Positions 23,665-32,603 of a DNA stretch of 64,000 nt are shown here, one piece after another. The number at the start of each line of letters is the position of its first letter. Position 1 is the first letter of the stretch. This DNA comes from Nitrosomonas sp. (GTDB taxonomy: Bacteria > Pseudomonadota > Gammaproteobacteria > Burkholderiales > Nitrosomonadaceae). Location of the stretch: the NCBI RefSeq assembly GCF_019635155.1, contig NZ_JAHBZY010000005.1:24023-88022 (forward strand). The letters are read 5' to 3'. Both the position numbers and the translations under genes were made by a program. The notes under the pieces were generated by a model. That model saw only the letters and a program-made list of their open reading frames with translations, searched no databases and was not told the DNA's origin.

Positions 23665-24420
23665 CTAAGTCAATTTGAACTCGGCAAATAACGGGATATG
23701 GTCAGACATGCGGCGCCATGGCTGACCATGCAAGAAATTGCAATTGATAACATCGAGACCACGGAAATAAATACGATCCATTGATAATACTGGAAGCCAA
23801 GAGGGAAATGTGCGGGCATAAGTGCCATTGGTAGTTTTGAAAACCTCTTTTACGCCCAAATCACGATACAGATAGTGCTCCGCCCGACCGCGCCAGTCGT
23901 TAAAATCTCCCGCAATTATTAATGGTTCATCAGATGGTACATGCGAATTGATACGTCTTGCCAATGTGGAGAGTTGATGTTCTCTTTCCAGTCCAAATAA
24001 ACCGAGGTGTACACAAATGATATGAACTTTCAGGTTGGTGCCGGGGATTTGAATTGTTCCATGCAGCAAACTCCGGCTGGCCGATCGTAATAGTGATACA
24101 TTGATATTATCCCATTCGATAAACGGATATTTACTTAGAATGGCATTTCCATGATGCCCTGATTTATAAATGGCATTCTTACCATAAGCGAAGTGCTGCC
24201 AAACTTGATCTGCTAGAAATTCGAATTGCCGGTTATTTGGCCAATCGTCAAAACGGTTGTCGGAGATATTGCGTTCACCATGAACTTCTTGCAAGAAAAC
24301 TATATCGGCATTGATATGCCGCAGGGAACTCTTAATTTCATGAAGAATAAAGCGAAGATTACTCGCACTGAATCCTTTATGAATATTATAGGTGAGCACT
24401 TTCAGAGATAAGCCGGTCAT
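23665..24420 (-). CDS. Endonuclease/exonuclease/phosphatase (EEP) family protein
   Basis: EEP fold motifs: VLTYNIHKG, VFLQEV, GNAILSKYP, IAGDFN, MSDHIPL. Confidence 0.8.
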   Translation of the reverse strand: MTGLSLKVLTYNIHKGFSASNLRFILHEIKSSLRHINADIVFLQEVHGERNISDNRFDDWPNNRQFEFLADQVWQHFAYGKNAIYKSGHHGNAILSKYPFIEWDNINVSLLRSASRSLLHGTIQIPGTNLKVHIICVHLGLFGLEREHQLSTLARRINSHVPSDEPLIIAGDFNDWRGRAEHYLYRDLGVKEVFKTTNGTYARTFPSWLPVLSMDRIYFRGLDVINCNFLHGQPWRRMSDHIPLFAEFKLT

Positions 24421-24495
24421 ACGGTTCCTGAGTCATTAATTCTCAAACGGATCAAAAGACCGAGCGAAAAAAAGCATATTTCTCAAAATGGATTA

Positions 24496-24987
24496 TTGAT
24501 ATTGCCGATCGAATTTTTACAATTGCTGTTTTTAATTATAACCGCAAATGGTGCGCCAGTATTGGTACGGTTGCTACTGAAGGATCATTTAGACCTTGCA
24601 ATAGATTTTGGTGCAAAATTTGTAGACGGCAATCGTATTTTTGGGTCTTCAAAAACCTGGCGAGGAATTATAGCTGCATTACTGGCAACATCGATTGCGG
24701 CTTTTCTGCTAGAGCATTCTCTTGAGACGGGTTTTCAAATTGCAGTATTCGCAATATTCGGCGATTTGCTATCGAGTTTCATAAAACGCCGTTTGGGAAT
24801 GAAATCAAGCAGCAAGGCATTCCTGCTTGATCAAGTGCCGGAATCGTTACTCCCGGCTGTAATGATGAAGCATAGTTTTGCTCTTGCGCCAGTAGACATA
24901 CTATTTCTTGTTTTTATTTTTGTTGTCATTGATCTTGTAATGACATACATTCTTTATCACTGGAGGATTTTAAAGAATAAATCTTAA
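24496..24987 (+). CDS. CarS-like (CDP-archaeol synthase / DUF46 family) integral membrane cytidylyltransferase
   Basis: About 5 TM helices with NGAP....D.G....DG.RIFG..KTWRG and GDLLSSFIKRRLG, then LDQ. This pattern matches the archaeal CarS family as I recall it. Confidence 0.65.
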   Translation: MILPIEFLQLLFLIITANGAPVLVRLLLKDHLDLAIDFGAKFVDGNRIFGSSKTWRGIIAALLATSIAAFLLEHSLETGFQIAVFAIFGDLLSSFIKRRLGMKSSSKAFLLDQVPESLLPAVMMKHSFALAPVDILFLVFIFVVIDLVMTYILYHWRILKNKS

Positions 24988-25003
24988 CTTTCAGGGAAGA
25001 GTC

Positions 25004-25588
25004 ATGAATCATACAAAGAATCAGATAATTAATATTCCTAATCTGGTAAGCTTGATTCGCATTTTGACAATACCGTTTTTATTTTACTTTGCGCTTACTC
25101 ATCAACCTCGTTGGTTTATAGGTGTATTGTTATTCGCAGTATTTACAGATGTACTGGATGGTTTTTTGGCCAGATTGCTTAATCAAATAACTGCGGTGGG
25201 TTCACGTCTCGATAGCTGGGGAGATTTCTTTATCTATACCACCATGGCGATTTGTGCCTGGATTTTATGGCCGGAAATTGTTGTCCGGGAAAAATTTTAT
25301 TGGTCGATCATCGTATTGAGTTTCACGCTGCCAGTGGTTGTCAGTTTCGTCAAGTTCCGCACAATCAGCAGTTATCATACGTGGAGTGTAAAGCTGGCGG
25401 TGGCGATATCCGTAGTAAGCTATGTTTTGCTTTTTACGGAACTATTGGATTGGCCGATTAGAGTGGCTGCTATTTTTTGCTTATATGCTGCAATCGAAGA
25501 GATTGCTATCACCTTGCTGATTCAGCATGAACTGGTTGATGTTAGAACTGTTTGGCAAGCACTACGTTATAAAAAGAATAACCGGTAG
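25004..25588 (+). CDS. CDP-alcohol phosphatidyltransferase family protein
   Basis: A perfect family signature, DVLDGFLAR-x8-GSRLDSWGD (D-x2-DG-x2-AR-x8-G-x3-D-x3-D), in a multi-TM protein. It begins 16 nt after the CarS-like gene. Confidence 0.8.
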   Translation: MNHTKNQIINIPNLVSLIRILTIPFLFYFALTHQPRWFIGVLLFAVFTDVLDGFLARLLNQITAVGSRLDSWGDFFIYTTMAICAWILWPEIVVREKFYWSIIVLSFTLPVVVSFVKFRTISSYHTWSVKLAVAISVVSYVLLFTELLDWPIRVAAIFCLYAAIEEIAITLLIQHELVDVRTVWQALRYKKNNR

Positions 25589-25662
25589 GTATCGTATTAA
25601 ACTCTGAGGCTGGCTCGAAGCAAGCTTTGTCGACTGATTATTTTTCTAGTGTGATTTTGTTT

Positions 25663-26856
25663 ATGATAAAAAAAGTTCAGGCTAACGAAGTTCGATTAGG
25701 AATGTATATCCATGAATTGCGTGGAAATTGGCTGGAGCATCCCTTCTGGAGAAAATCATTTAAGCTGGAACAACAGAAGGATTTGGATAAATTGCTCGGT
25801 TGCAGTTTCGACGAGATATGGATTGATACCGCTAAGGGATTGGATGTCAAAAGTCTCGAACGCAATCCGGAGCCCACTAAATCCATCGCAGAGCCTGCGA
25901 AGCCGGTCAAAAAACTTCAGGCGCCGGTTTCGATTGAGGAAGAAATGCATGAAGCAAAAAAAATCCATAGTAAAGCGAAAGAAGCGGTCACCAGCATGTT
26001 TACCGATGTTCGCATGGGTAAAGCGCTGGAGATCGAGGAAGCAACTGTATTGGTGGATGAAATTAATCAATCCATGGAACGCAATCCGAATGCTTTGTTA
26101 AGCTTGGCACGGTTGAAAACTGCTAACGAATATACGTATTTGCATTCTGTGGCGGTCTGTATGTTGATGGTCGCGCTTGGAAGACAAATGGGATTGCAAG
26201 GTGAGCAACTCAGGCAAGCGGGTGTTGCCGGATTGCTGCATGATGTCGGGAAAATGGTGATTCCTAGCGAAGTATTGGACAAGCCGGGAAAATTAACCGA
26301 TGAAGAATTTGCGATTATGAAAAGTCATCCTCGGCGTGGTTGGGAAATTCTCAAGTCATGCTATCAGGTGAAGGAGTCGGCACTGGATGTATGTTTACAC
26401 CATCATGAACGAGTGGATGGGAAAGGTTACCCGGATAAGTTGTCTGGTGACGCGTTAACGTTGTTTGCCCGCATGGGGGCGGTTTGTGACGTCTATGATG
26501 CCATCAGCTCGGAACGTTGTTACAAAAAAGCTTGGTCACCCGCGGAATCTATCCATAAGATGGCTTCATGGAAAGACGGGCATTTCGACGAGACCGTGTT
26601 TCATGCTTTTGTAAAAACTATCGGAATTTATCCGAATGGTACACTCGTCAAATTAAAATCTGGGCGCTTGGGTGTGATTATCGAACAATCGAAAAAAAAT
26701 CTGACAACACCGATTATCAAGATATTTTTTTCCACGCGCGCTAACGCTCATATACCTATTGAAATTATGGATTTATCAAAAGGATCGGATAGCGTTGTCA
26801 ATGTTGAGGATCCACTCAAATGGCAATTCGATATCAATAAATTGCAGGGAATATAG
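25663..26856 (+). CDS. HD-GYP domain c-di-GMP phosphodiesterase with an N-terminal DUF3391-type domain
   Basis: HD motif LLHDVGK and HHERVDGKGYP (the GYP motif). The N-terminus MIKKVQANEVRLGMYIHEL is typical of DUF3391. The ORF-track TTG at 25627 is less likely. Confidence 0.88.
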   Translation: MIKKVQANEVRLGMYIHELRGNWLEHPFWRKSFKLEQQKDLDKLLGCSFDEIWIDTAKGLDVKSLERNPEPTKSIAEPAKPVKKLQAPVSIEEEMHEAKKIHSKAKEAVTSMFTDVRMGKALEIEEATVLVDEINQSMERNPNALLSLARLKTANEYTYLHSVAVCMLMVALGRQMGLQGEQLRQAGVAGLLHDVGKMVIPSEVLDKPGKLTDEEFAIMKSHPRRGWEILKSCYQVKESALDVCLHHHERVDGKGYPDKLSGDALTLFARMGAVCDVYDAISSERCYKKAWSPAESIHKMASWKDGHFDETVFHAFVKTIGIYPNGTLVKLKSGRLGVIIEQSKKNLTTPIIKIFFSTRANAHIPIEIMDLSKGSDSVVNVEDPLKWQFDINKLQGI

Positions 26857-26900
26857 CTGGTGCAATGAAAATTGCCAGCGATATTTGTAAACGTCTAATG

Positions 26901-26931
26901 AAAATACCCCGCAATCGCGGGGTATTTTTTT
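26901..26931. terminator. Bidirectional rho-independent terminator between the HD-GYP gene and the PEP-CTERM gene
   Basis: Stem AAAATACCCCGC / GCGGGGTATTTT with loop AATC. An A-tract lies before it and a T-run after it, so it can work on both strands. Confidence 0.8.
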
Positions 26932-26989
26932 AAGAGCGAGCAACTGGCAGCAGCTAACAAAGCCGCTACGGTGCTTAGCTTAGTAAAAC

Positions 26990-27628
26990 TCAGCCTTCAA
27001 CCTTACGACGGTGTGCAAATGCACCGACAACACCTAATCCGGCTAATAGCAGCGCGTAGGTTTCAGGTTCTGGAACTAATGATACATTGATACTATCGAT
27101 CGAGTAATCTCCAAAGGCACCGGAACTATTCATCCCCGTGATCGTTACAGACACCAAGTTCGTCCAGCCGATGGCTTCCGATTGAAAGTCGTTGACTCCA
27201 CCCACGCCATCGCGTATCCCGTCTAAATGAATGGTGGTGCTGAGTACCCCACCTCCAAACTGATTGCCGGTTAGGATCACGTCAGAGAAGTCGTTTAACG
27301 ATTCGCTAGGTAACCATAGCTCACCCACTTCGAGTCCGATCAGGTTGAACAAGCTGCCACCCGCGTGCGACATTGTGACTGATCTGCCTAGACCCAATGC
27401 TGCTTCGGCTGAGAGATAATTTGAACCGCTTGATACTACTCTCGAGTCAGGGGTATCGATGATATGGAAATGATCGCCAACAAAATTAAAACCATCCGAA
27501 GTGACGGCAGTAGAAATGCCATTACCGGTAGGCGCGAGATCGTCAAAGGTGATGGTGGCGGCTTGAGTTATTCCGGACAGGGCGAGAACGGCTGTACCGA
27601 AGATGGTTGCGTATGTAATATTTTTCAT
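26990..27628 (-). CDS. PEP-CTERM sorting-domain secreted protein
   Basis: Signal peptide MKNITYATIFGTAVLALSGITQA. The C-terminus VPEPETYALLLAGLGVVGAFAHRRK shows the PEP motif, a TM helix and a basic tail. Confidence 0.85.
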   Translation of the reverse strand: MKNITYATIFGTAVLALSGITQAATITFDDLAPTGNGISTAVTSDGFNFVGDHFHIIDTPDSRVVSSGSNYLSAEAALGLGRSVTMSHAGGSLFNLIGLEVGELWLPSESLNDFSDVILTGNQFGGGVLSTTIHLDGIRDGVGGVNDFQSEAIGWTNLVSVTITGMNSSGAFGDYSIDSINVSLVPEPETYALLLAGLGVVGAFAHRRKVEG

Positions 27629-27669
27629 TTGAATATATCTCCCATTAAATTGTGATAAGACTAAGGATA

Positions 27670-28671
27670 CTAAGCCGAATGTTGATTTTTACGGCGTCGA
27701 ACGATTGTGCCAATGGCGAATAAGCCTGTTAGCAGCATCAGATAAGTTTCAGGTTCGGGCACAGCGGTAATGCTTGCAATCCAGTCTGCATTTGGCAGTA
27801 AATAGGTATCGCCGCCGAGTTCACCGAAAGAGGAATTCAAATCATTGTCAATGTCTCCGAAGCCCAAGCCAAACGTGGCGCCGAACGAATGCACGCCCAC
27901 CAGTTTGAATTCACCGCCTTCGATAATAAAGCTGGGGCCGCCGGAGTCGCCGGAAGCAATCATTGCTTCATTGGGAAACGGCAAGCCAACGTCACAAGTT
28001 CCGGATATGATGCACAACACATCATGTGCTGCGGTACCATCATCGAAGTCATACGCCAAACTGCCGCCGCTCCAAGCGGCGTCATAGACATTATAGCCGT
28101 AATGCAACGTGCCAAAAGTACCAGGGATGGCGCCAGTTAAACCGTCTCCGATCAGTCCGTAACCGGCATGCAACACCGGTTGGAAAAGCGGGTTATCGGT
28201 TGCGAGTCCGAAACCGGGAATAGAATCAACAGGCGTATCCAGCTTGAGAATCGCGATGTCGTTATTGTCCCCTAGCGAATGTCCATTCCAGGTGGGAAAA
28301 ACAAAAGCCTCGGAAGAAGTGGTGGTTACCGCGCCGCCCTTGAAAGAAACGGTGGCGGAATTGAGCACATTGTTACCGTTCTCGTCGGTGACACAGTGGG
28401 CCGCGGTCATCAGAAAAGCGCCACCGCCCAGCAACGAACCACTGCAGCCAAAATCACCGTCGCTGCGGCTTAACAACAGCTTCGCCACGCCATCAAACGG
28501 CGAGCCCAGCGGCGCGATCCAATTATCAGGATCATCGCTGGCAACCATCAATGGTGCATATTCCTTAGCGCCTTCAAGTTCAAGCACCGGTAAAGTCGTT
28601 GCCTGAGCCGATACCGATATCCCTACGGTAGCGGAAAATAAAATAACCAAGTGATGTAACTTATTATTCAT
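27670..28671 (-). CDS. Trypsin-like (S1 family) serine protease with a PEP-CTERM anchor
   Basis: A signal peptide; the catalytic triad in MTAAHCV, NNDIAILKL and SGDSGGPSF; and the C-terminus VPEPETYLMLLTGLFAIGTIVRRRK. Confidence 0.85.
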   Translation of the reverse strand: MNNKLHHLVILFSATVGISVSAQATTLPVLELEGAKEYAPLMVASDDPDNWIAPLGSPFDGVAKLLLSRSDGDFGCSGSLLGGGAFLMTAAHCVTDENGNNVLNSATVSFKGGAVTTTSSEAFVFPTWNGHSLGDNNDIAILKLDTPVDSIPGFGLATDNPLFQPVLHAGYGLIGDGLTGAIPGTFGTLHYGYNVYDAAWSGGSLAYDFDDGTAAHDVLCIISGTCDVGLPFPNEAMIASGDSGGPSFIIEGGEFKLVGVHSFGATFGLGFGDIDNDLNSSFGELGGDTYLLPNADWIASITAVPEPETYLMLLTGLFAIGTIVRRRKNQHSA

Positions 28672-29032
28672 AATTTTTATTCCTACAGGTATACATTTAT
28701 TCAGGTAAAAAATCTGTTTATTAAAAAGAGCTATACTTAAAAAAATGATAATCGTAACAAGTGGATCGGATTGTTGTCGCTATATAATGGTTTTAGTTTA
28801 ATCTATCGTATCATTGCGCTAGCGTTCATAATTAATCCGATACATGAATTGTTTTTTTGTTATCTAAGTAATTGATTTATCAATTAGCTCAATTCAATAG
28901 ATGGCATTATAACGAATTTCTGAGAAATGAAAATGCATCATTGCGCAATGAAAGAGTCAGTTAAAAAATAACCGATATTTGGACTGCAGCCATTGATCCA
29001 TTGTCGGCAATCCAAAAAATATAAATTCATGA

Positions 29033-30355
29033 ATGATCATGACAGCCAAAATAACCCCAAATAATCCGATTCAAGATTTACTTAATTTCATCGATCGCAG
29101 CCCGAGTCCCTGGCATGCTGTCGCTGCGGTTGAGGCAACCGTACAAGCCTTTCAATTTGTCAAACTCGATGAAACCTTTAAATGGCAGTTGCAAGCAGGC
29201 GGGCGCTATTATGTGAAGCGCGATGATTCGTCGATCGTATTGTTTGTGCTGGGCAATCAAGCACCGGCTGAGGCGGGTTTTAAAATTGTCGGCGCGCATA
29301 CCGATTCGCCGGGGTTTCGCATCCGGCCGCATGCAGCTACCGTGAGCAATGGCTTTGCCCGGCTCGGTGTCGAAATTTACGGCGGACCGATCCTGGCGAC
29401 ATTCACCGACCGTGATTTAAGTCTTGCGGGCCGCATCAGTTATCTCGATGAGCACGACAAGCTATCGTACCGGATGGTGCGTTTTGATCAATCGTTATTG
29501 CGCTTGCCGAATCTGGCGATTCATATGAACCGCGGCGTCAATGAGGATGGCTTAAAGCTTCATAAGCAAAATGAATTGCCACTGCTACTCGCGCAGCTAA
29601 CCGGCGAACAATTACCGCAACCGTATTTTCTGGCATTGCTGGAGCAAGCCAGTGGTATCGCCGCCGCGCGAATCCTGTCGTGGGATCTGGCGGTTTACGA
29701 TACCCAGAAAGGTGCGGTATGGGGCGCTAACCGGGAGTTCTATGCCGACAGCCAGATCGACAATCTGGCGTCGTGTCACGCCGGGTTGCAAGCGTTGCTT
29801 AGCGATGCCGTGATGAGTGATGCACAGAGTACGCTGGTATGCGCGTTTTTCGATCACGAAGAAGTCGGCAGCGAGAGCCATGTCGGCGCCGCCGGCAGTT
29901 TCCTTGCCGATACTTTGCAGCGAATTTGCATCGCCACCGCGATGGATCGCGAAGATACCGTGCGCGCCTTGGCGAATAGTTTTTTGATCAGCGCCGATAT
30001 GGCACACGCTTTTCATCCGAATTTTCCCGCCTCATACGATGCCGATCACCGCGTGTTTGTCAATCAGGGACCAGTGATTAAATCCAATGCCAACCGGCGT
30101 TACAGCACCGAAAGCGTATCCGCCGCGCAATTCATCCGTTGGTGCGAAGATGCGGAAGTGCCTTATCAGCGCTACTCGCACCGCAGCGATCTGCCGTGCG
30201 GCAGCACCATCGGACCGATTGCTTCAGCGAAACTCGGCATCCGCAGCGTCGACGTCGGTTGTCCGATGTGGGCGATGCACAGTGTGCGCGAGAGTGCCGG
30301 AGTGAGCGATCATGATTTCATGATCCGCGTGCTGAAGCGATTTTTCAGCGACTGA
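29033..30355 (+). CDS. M18-family aminopeptidase (aspartyl aminopeptidase-like)
   Basis: SPSPWHAV, the GAHTDSPGFRIRP motif, FDHEEVGS and ISADMAHA, which are metal ligands typical of M18. Confidence 0.88.
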   Translation: MIMTAKITPNNPIQDLLNFIDRSPSPWHAVAAVEATVQAFQFVKLDETFKWQLQAGGRYYVKRDDSSIVLFVLGNQAPAEAGFKIVGAHTDSPGFRIRPHAATVSNGFARLGVEIYGGPILATFTDRDLSLAGRISYLDEHDKLSYRMVRFDQSLLRLPNLAIHMNRGVNEDGLKLHKQNELPLLLAQLTGEQLPQPYFLALLEQASGIAAARILSWDLAVYDTQKGAVWGANREFYADSQIDNLASCHAGLQALLSDAVMSDAQSTLVCAFFDHEEVGSESHVGAAGSFLADTLQRICIATAMDREDTVRALANSFLISADMAHAFHPNFPASYDADHRVFVNQGPVIKSNANRRYSTESVSAAQFIRWCEDAEVPYQRYSHRSDLPCGSTIGPIASAKLGIRSVDVGCPMWAMHSVRESAGVSDHDFMIRVLKRFFSD

Positions 30356-30368
30356 ATCCGGTGAATTT

Positions 30369-31814
30369 TTATTTCAACAATGAATGAATATCGACCGGTT
30401 CCCATTGCCTGTCAGCATTCATTCGAATAGCGCCGGCTGCTTCGCGTAACAGCAGCGGATAAATTTTATGGCGGACGTCGGACGGGATGTTCTCGGTGTC
30501 TGATGAATGCGGGTCGAAATGCAGTTTTTCGATATGACTGTGATAGTGACCGCTAACCGGGAAACCGTACTTGCTTAAATGATGAAACGTATGTTCCAGC
30601 TCTTCGTCACCGGCTAGAACCAGCTTATGGATATTCGCCTTCAACCAGTTGACATTGTGTTGGTCATAACCGATCTTGGAATAATCGAGATGATTGGCAA
30701 GGCAGAATGACAGAATACGCATGCATTTCTGGCAGGTGCCGCATGGCATGATTCTGTCGCTACCTTTGTGCGCATGGTGGCACGATACCTGCAATTCGAA
30801 TAGCTCCGGATAATGCTTGGCCAGTGTTTTTTGCACTTGATAACCGGTAATTGAACGGATTGGCGCCCACTGCCGGATACCATAACCGGCATCGCCAAAC
30901 CAGCGGGTCATGTAGCGGTCGTATTCCTGGCTTTGATCGTAAATCCCCGGAAAGAAATCGACATCGTTGATGCGGTTGCGGCCGTCGAGTATCTTGGTCG
31001 GTTCGATATATTCGTTGCCGACGCAGACATTACCGATTTTTTCCTGCTCCATCAACGGCAACGACGAGAAAATGAAATAAGCGAAGCTGAAGAAATGCAG
31101 CGGATCGGTGATCGACTTGATGCCGCGGATATTGGTTTCGACCAGCGGTGAATGCCTCACCATGAATGCCCACAGCCGGTCGGCATTGGTCCAGATGCGG
31201 CGGGTGCGGATATCGTTCTGCTTGAACGAACGATAAGCGGTTATCGCGGTGCGCCAATGCCCGCCGGATTCGTTGATATATACCGGATAGACATCCATCC
31301 CGGCTTCCTTGAGCAAACCGTAGCACAGCAAGCTCTCTTTGCCACCGGACGATAGCACCACTATCTTGTTCGGATCGGTCTCGAAACCGGTCAAGTCGTG
31401 CCCGCTGCCGGCAATCAGTCGGGCTTTGCACGAGGCATTGGCTAACGTGACATCCGATTCCGATGCGGCGTATTCCGGTTTGATAAACACCGGGTCTTGA
31501 TAAAAACGGCTGACAAAAATTTCGATGCTCGTTTTCTTTAACATATCCTCAAAAAAGCGGATTTCCTGCGGTCCGAGATCGAACTCAAACACGATTTCCC
31601 GGGTATAAAGCCCATAATTGACCGCCGTAAGACCGCACGTCAGATTGGCGAAGTGCTGCGCATTGTCACTTTCGATGCTGTCTTCGTACTTGTTGCGTAA
31701 TTCGCAAGCGCTACGCTCGCCGTCTTTCTCCAGGATATAGTGGGTATGGAAGCCATATTTTGTAACAGTGGGTTTCTCGACGATGATTTTATCGAAGCAA
31801 ATCAGATCGTTCAT
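30369..31814 (-). CDS. Uncharacterised PP-loop (adenine nucleotide alpha-hydrolase superfamily) protein with a QueC-like C-terminal Cys cluster
   Basis: PP-loop IVVLSSGGKESLLCYGLL at about residue 155. Downstream lies VSCHHAHKGSDRIMPCGTCQKCMR (C-x15-C-x2-C-x2-C). An N-terminal domain of about 150 aa and a C-terminal extension of about 100 aa are unassigned. Confidence 0.6.
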   Translation of the reverse strand: MNDLICFDKIIVEKPTVTKYGFHTHYILEKDGERSACELRNKYEDSIESDNAQHFANLTCGLTAVNYGLYTREIVFEFDLGPQEIRFFEDMLKKTSIEIFVSRFYQDPVFIKPEYAASESDVTLANASCKARLIAGSGHDLTGFETDPNKIVVLSSGGKESLLCYGLLKEAGMDVYPVYINESGGHWRTAITAYRSFKQNDIRTRRIWTNADRLWAFMVRHSPLVETNIRGIKSITDPLHFFSFAYFIFSSLPLMEQEKIGNVCVGNEYIEPTKILDGRNRINDVDFFPGIYDQSQEYDRYMTRWFGDAGYGIRQWAPIRSITGYQVQKTLAKHYPELFELQVSCHHAHKGSDRIMPCGTCQKCMRILSFCLANHLDYSKIGYDQHNVNWLKANIHKLVLAGDEELEHTFHHLSKYGFPVSGHYHSHIEKLHFDPHSSDTENIPSDVRHKIYPLLLREAAGAIRMNADRQWEPVDIHSLLK

Positions 31815-32021
31815 GATTGTCAGTCCTATGAGCGGTTAAAGTGTTCGCAGTGCCTGTTGGGATTTGTTACTAAACGGCGGCTTGTGGCAGTCGATAGTTT
31901 GCATAAAACACCGGATAGGTGATTTTGGTTGACACGAAGCGGCGCAAATGCCGGGCGTAATGCCAAGCATATGAAAAGAATGATCCGGAATGACTTGGTA
32001 TCGGCGTCGATCGGAAATTCG

Positions 32022-32516
32022 TCAGCGTTGCCGCTGATAATGTCCGACCAATTCCGTCTGCGCCAGGATATGGCCGTGCATTGCTTGTTCGAGTTTTGCT
32101 TTGGTAGGCTGGTGCAGATCCGGCAGCATTGTATCTAAAGCGTAGAGTTTGTGAAAATAGCGGTGCGTGCCAATGGGCGGACACGGGCCGCCGTAGCCGG
32201 TCTTTTTCCAATCGTTGAGTCCTTGCAGAGTACCGGTTGGAAGATCTTTTTCCTGGATGCCTTCCGCTAGACCGCTCGCGCTGGGAGGAATATTGTAAAG
32301 TATCCAATGGACCCAGGTCATTTTCGGCGCGGCAGGATCGGGCGCATCCGGATCATCGACGATCAGCACCAGACTCTGCGTACCTTCCGGTAATCCGTTC
32401 CACGACAACGCTGGTGAGCGATCCGCGCCGTCGCAGGTGTAGCGCGACGGGATCGCGGCATTATGCGAAAATGAAGCTGAAATGAGAGTAAACATGGCTA
32501 TCATCAAAGCAGACAT
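32022..32516 (-). CDS. Periplasmic YbhB/YbcL-family (PEBP, Raf-kinase-inhibitor-like) protein
   Basis: DDPDAP and GPCPP.GTHRY.F.LYALD signatures, plus a signal peptide. The ATG at 32516 is preceded by AAAGGAGG. Confidence 0.88.
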   Translation of the reverse strand: MSALMIAMFTLISASFSHNAAIPSRYTCDGADRSPALSWNGLPEGTQSLVLIVDDPDAPDPAAPKMTWVHWILYNIPPSASGLAEGIQEKDLPTGTLQGLNDWKKTGYGGPCPPIGTHRYFHKLYALDTMLPDLHQPTKAKLEQAMHGHILAQTELVGHYQRQR

Positions 32517-32603
32517 AATTCCTCCTTTGGAAATACCGATCAATTGCTACGCAAGTAAGGTAACAAATTCAATTATCACATCAAATGACAATGGAGGTAA
32601 CCG

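Noticed and set aside
31870-32307. 145-aa ORF overlapping the 3' part of the PEBP gene, and the 31929..32138 ORF
   Set aside because: They overlap a well-supported gene in another frame or strand. The translations are Arg/Ser-rich with no motif or RBS.
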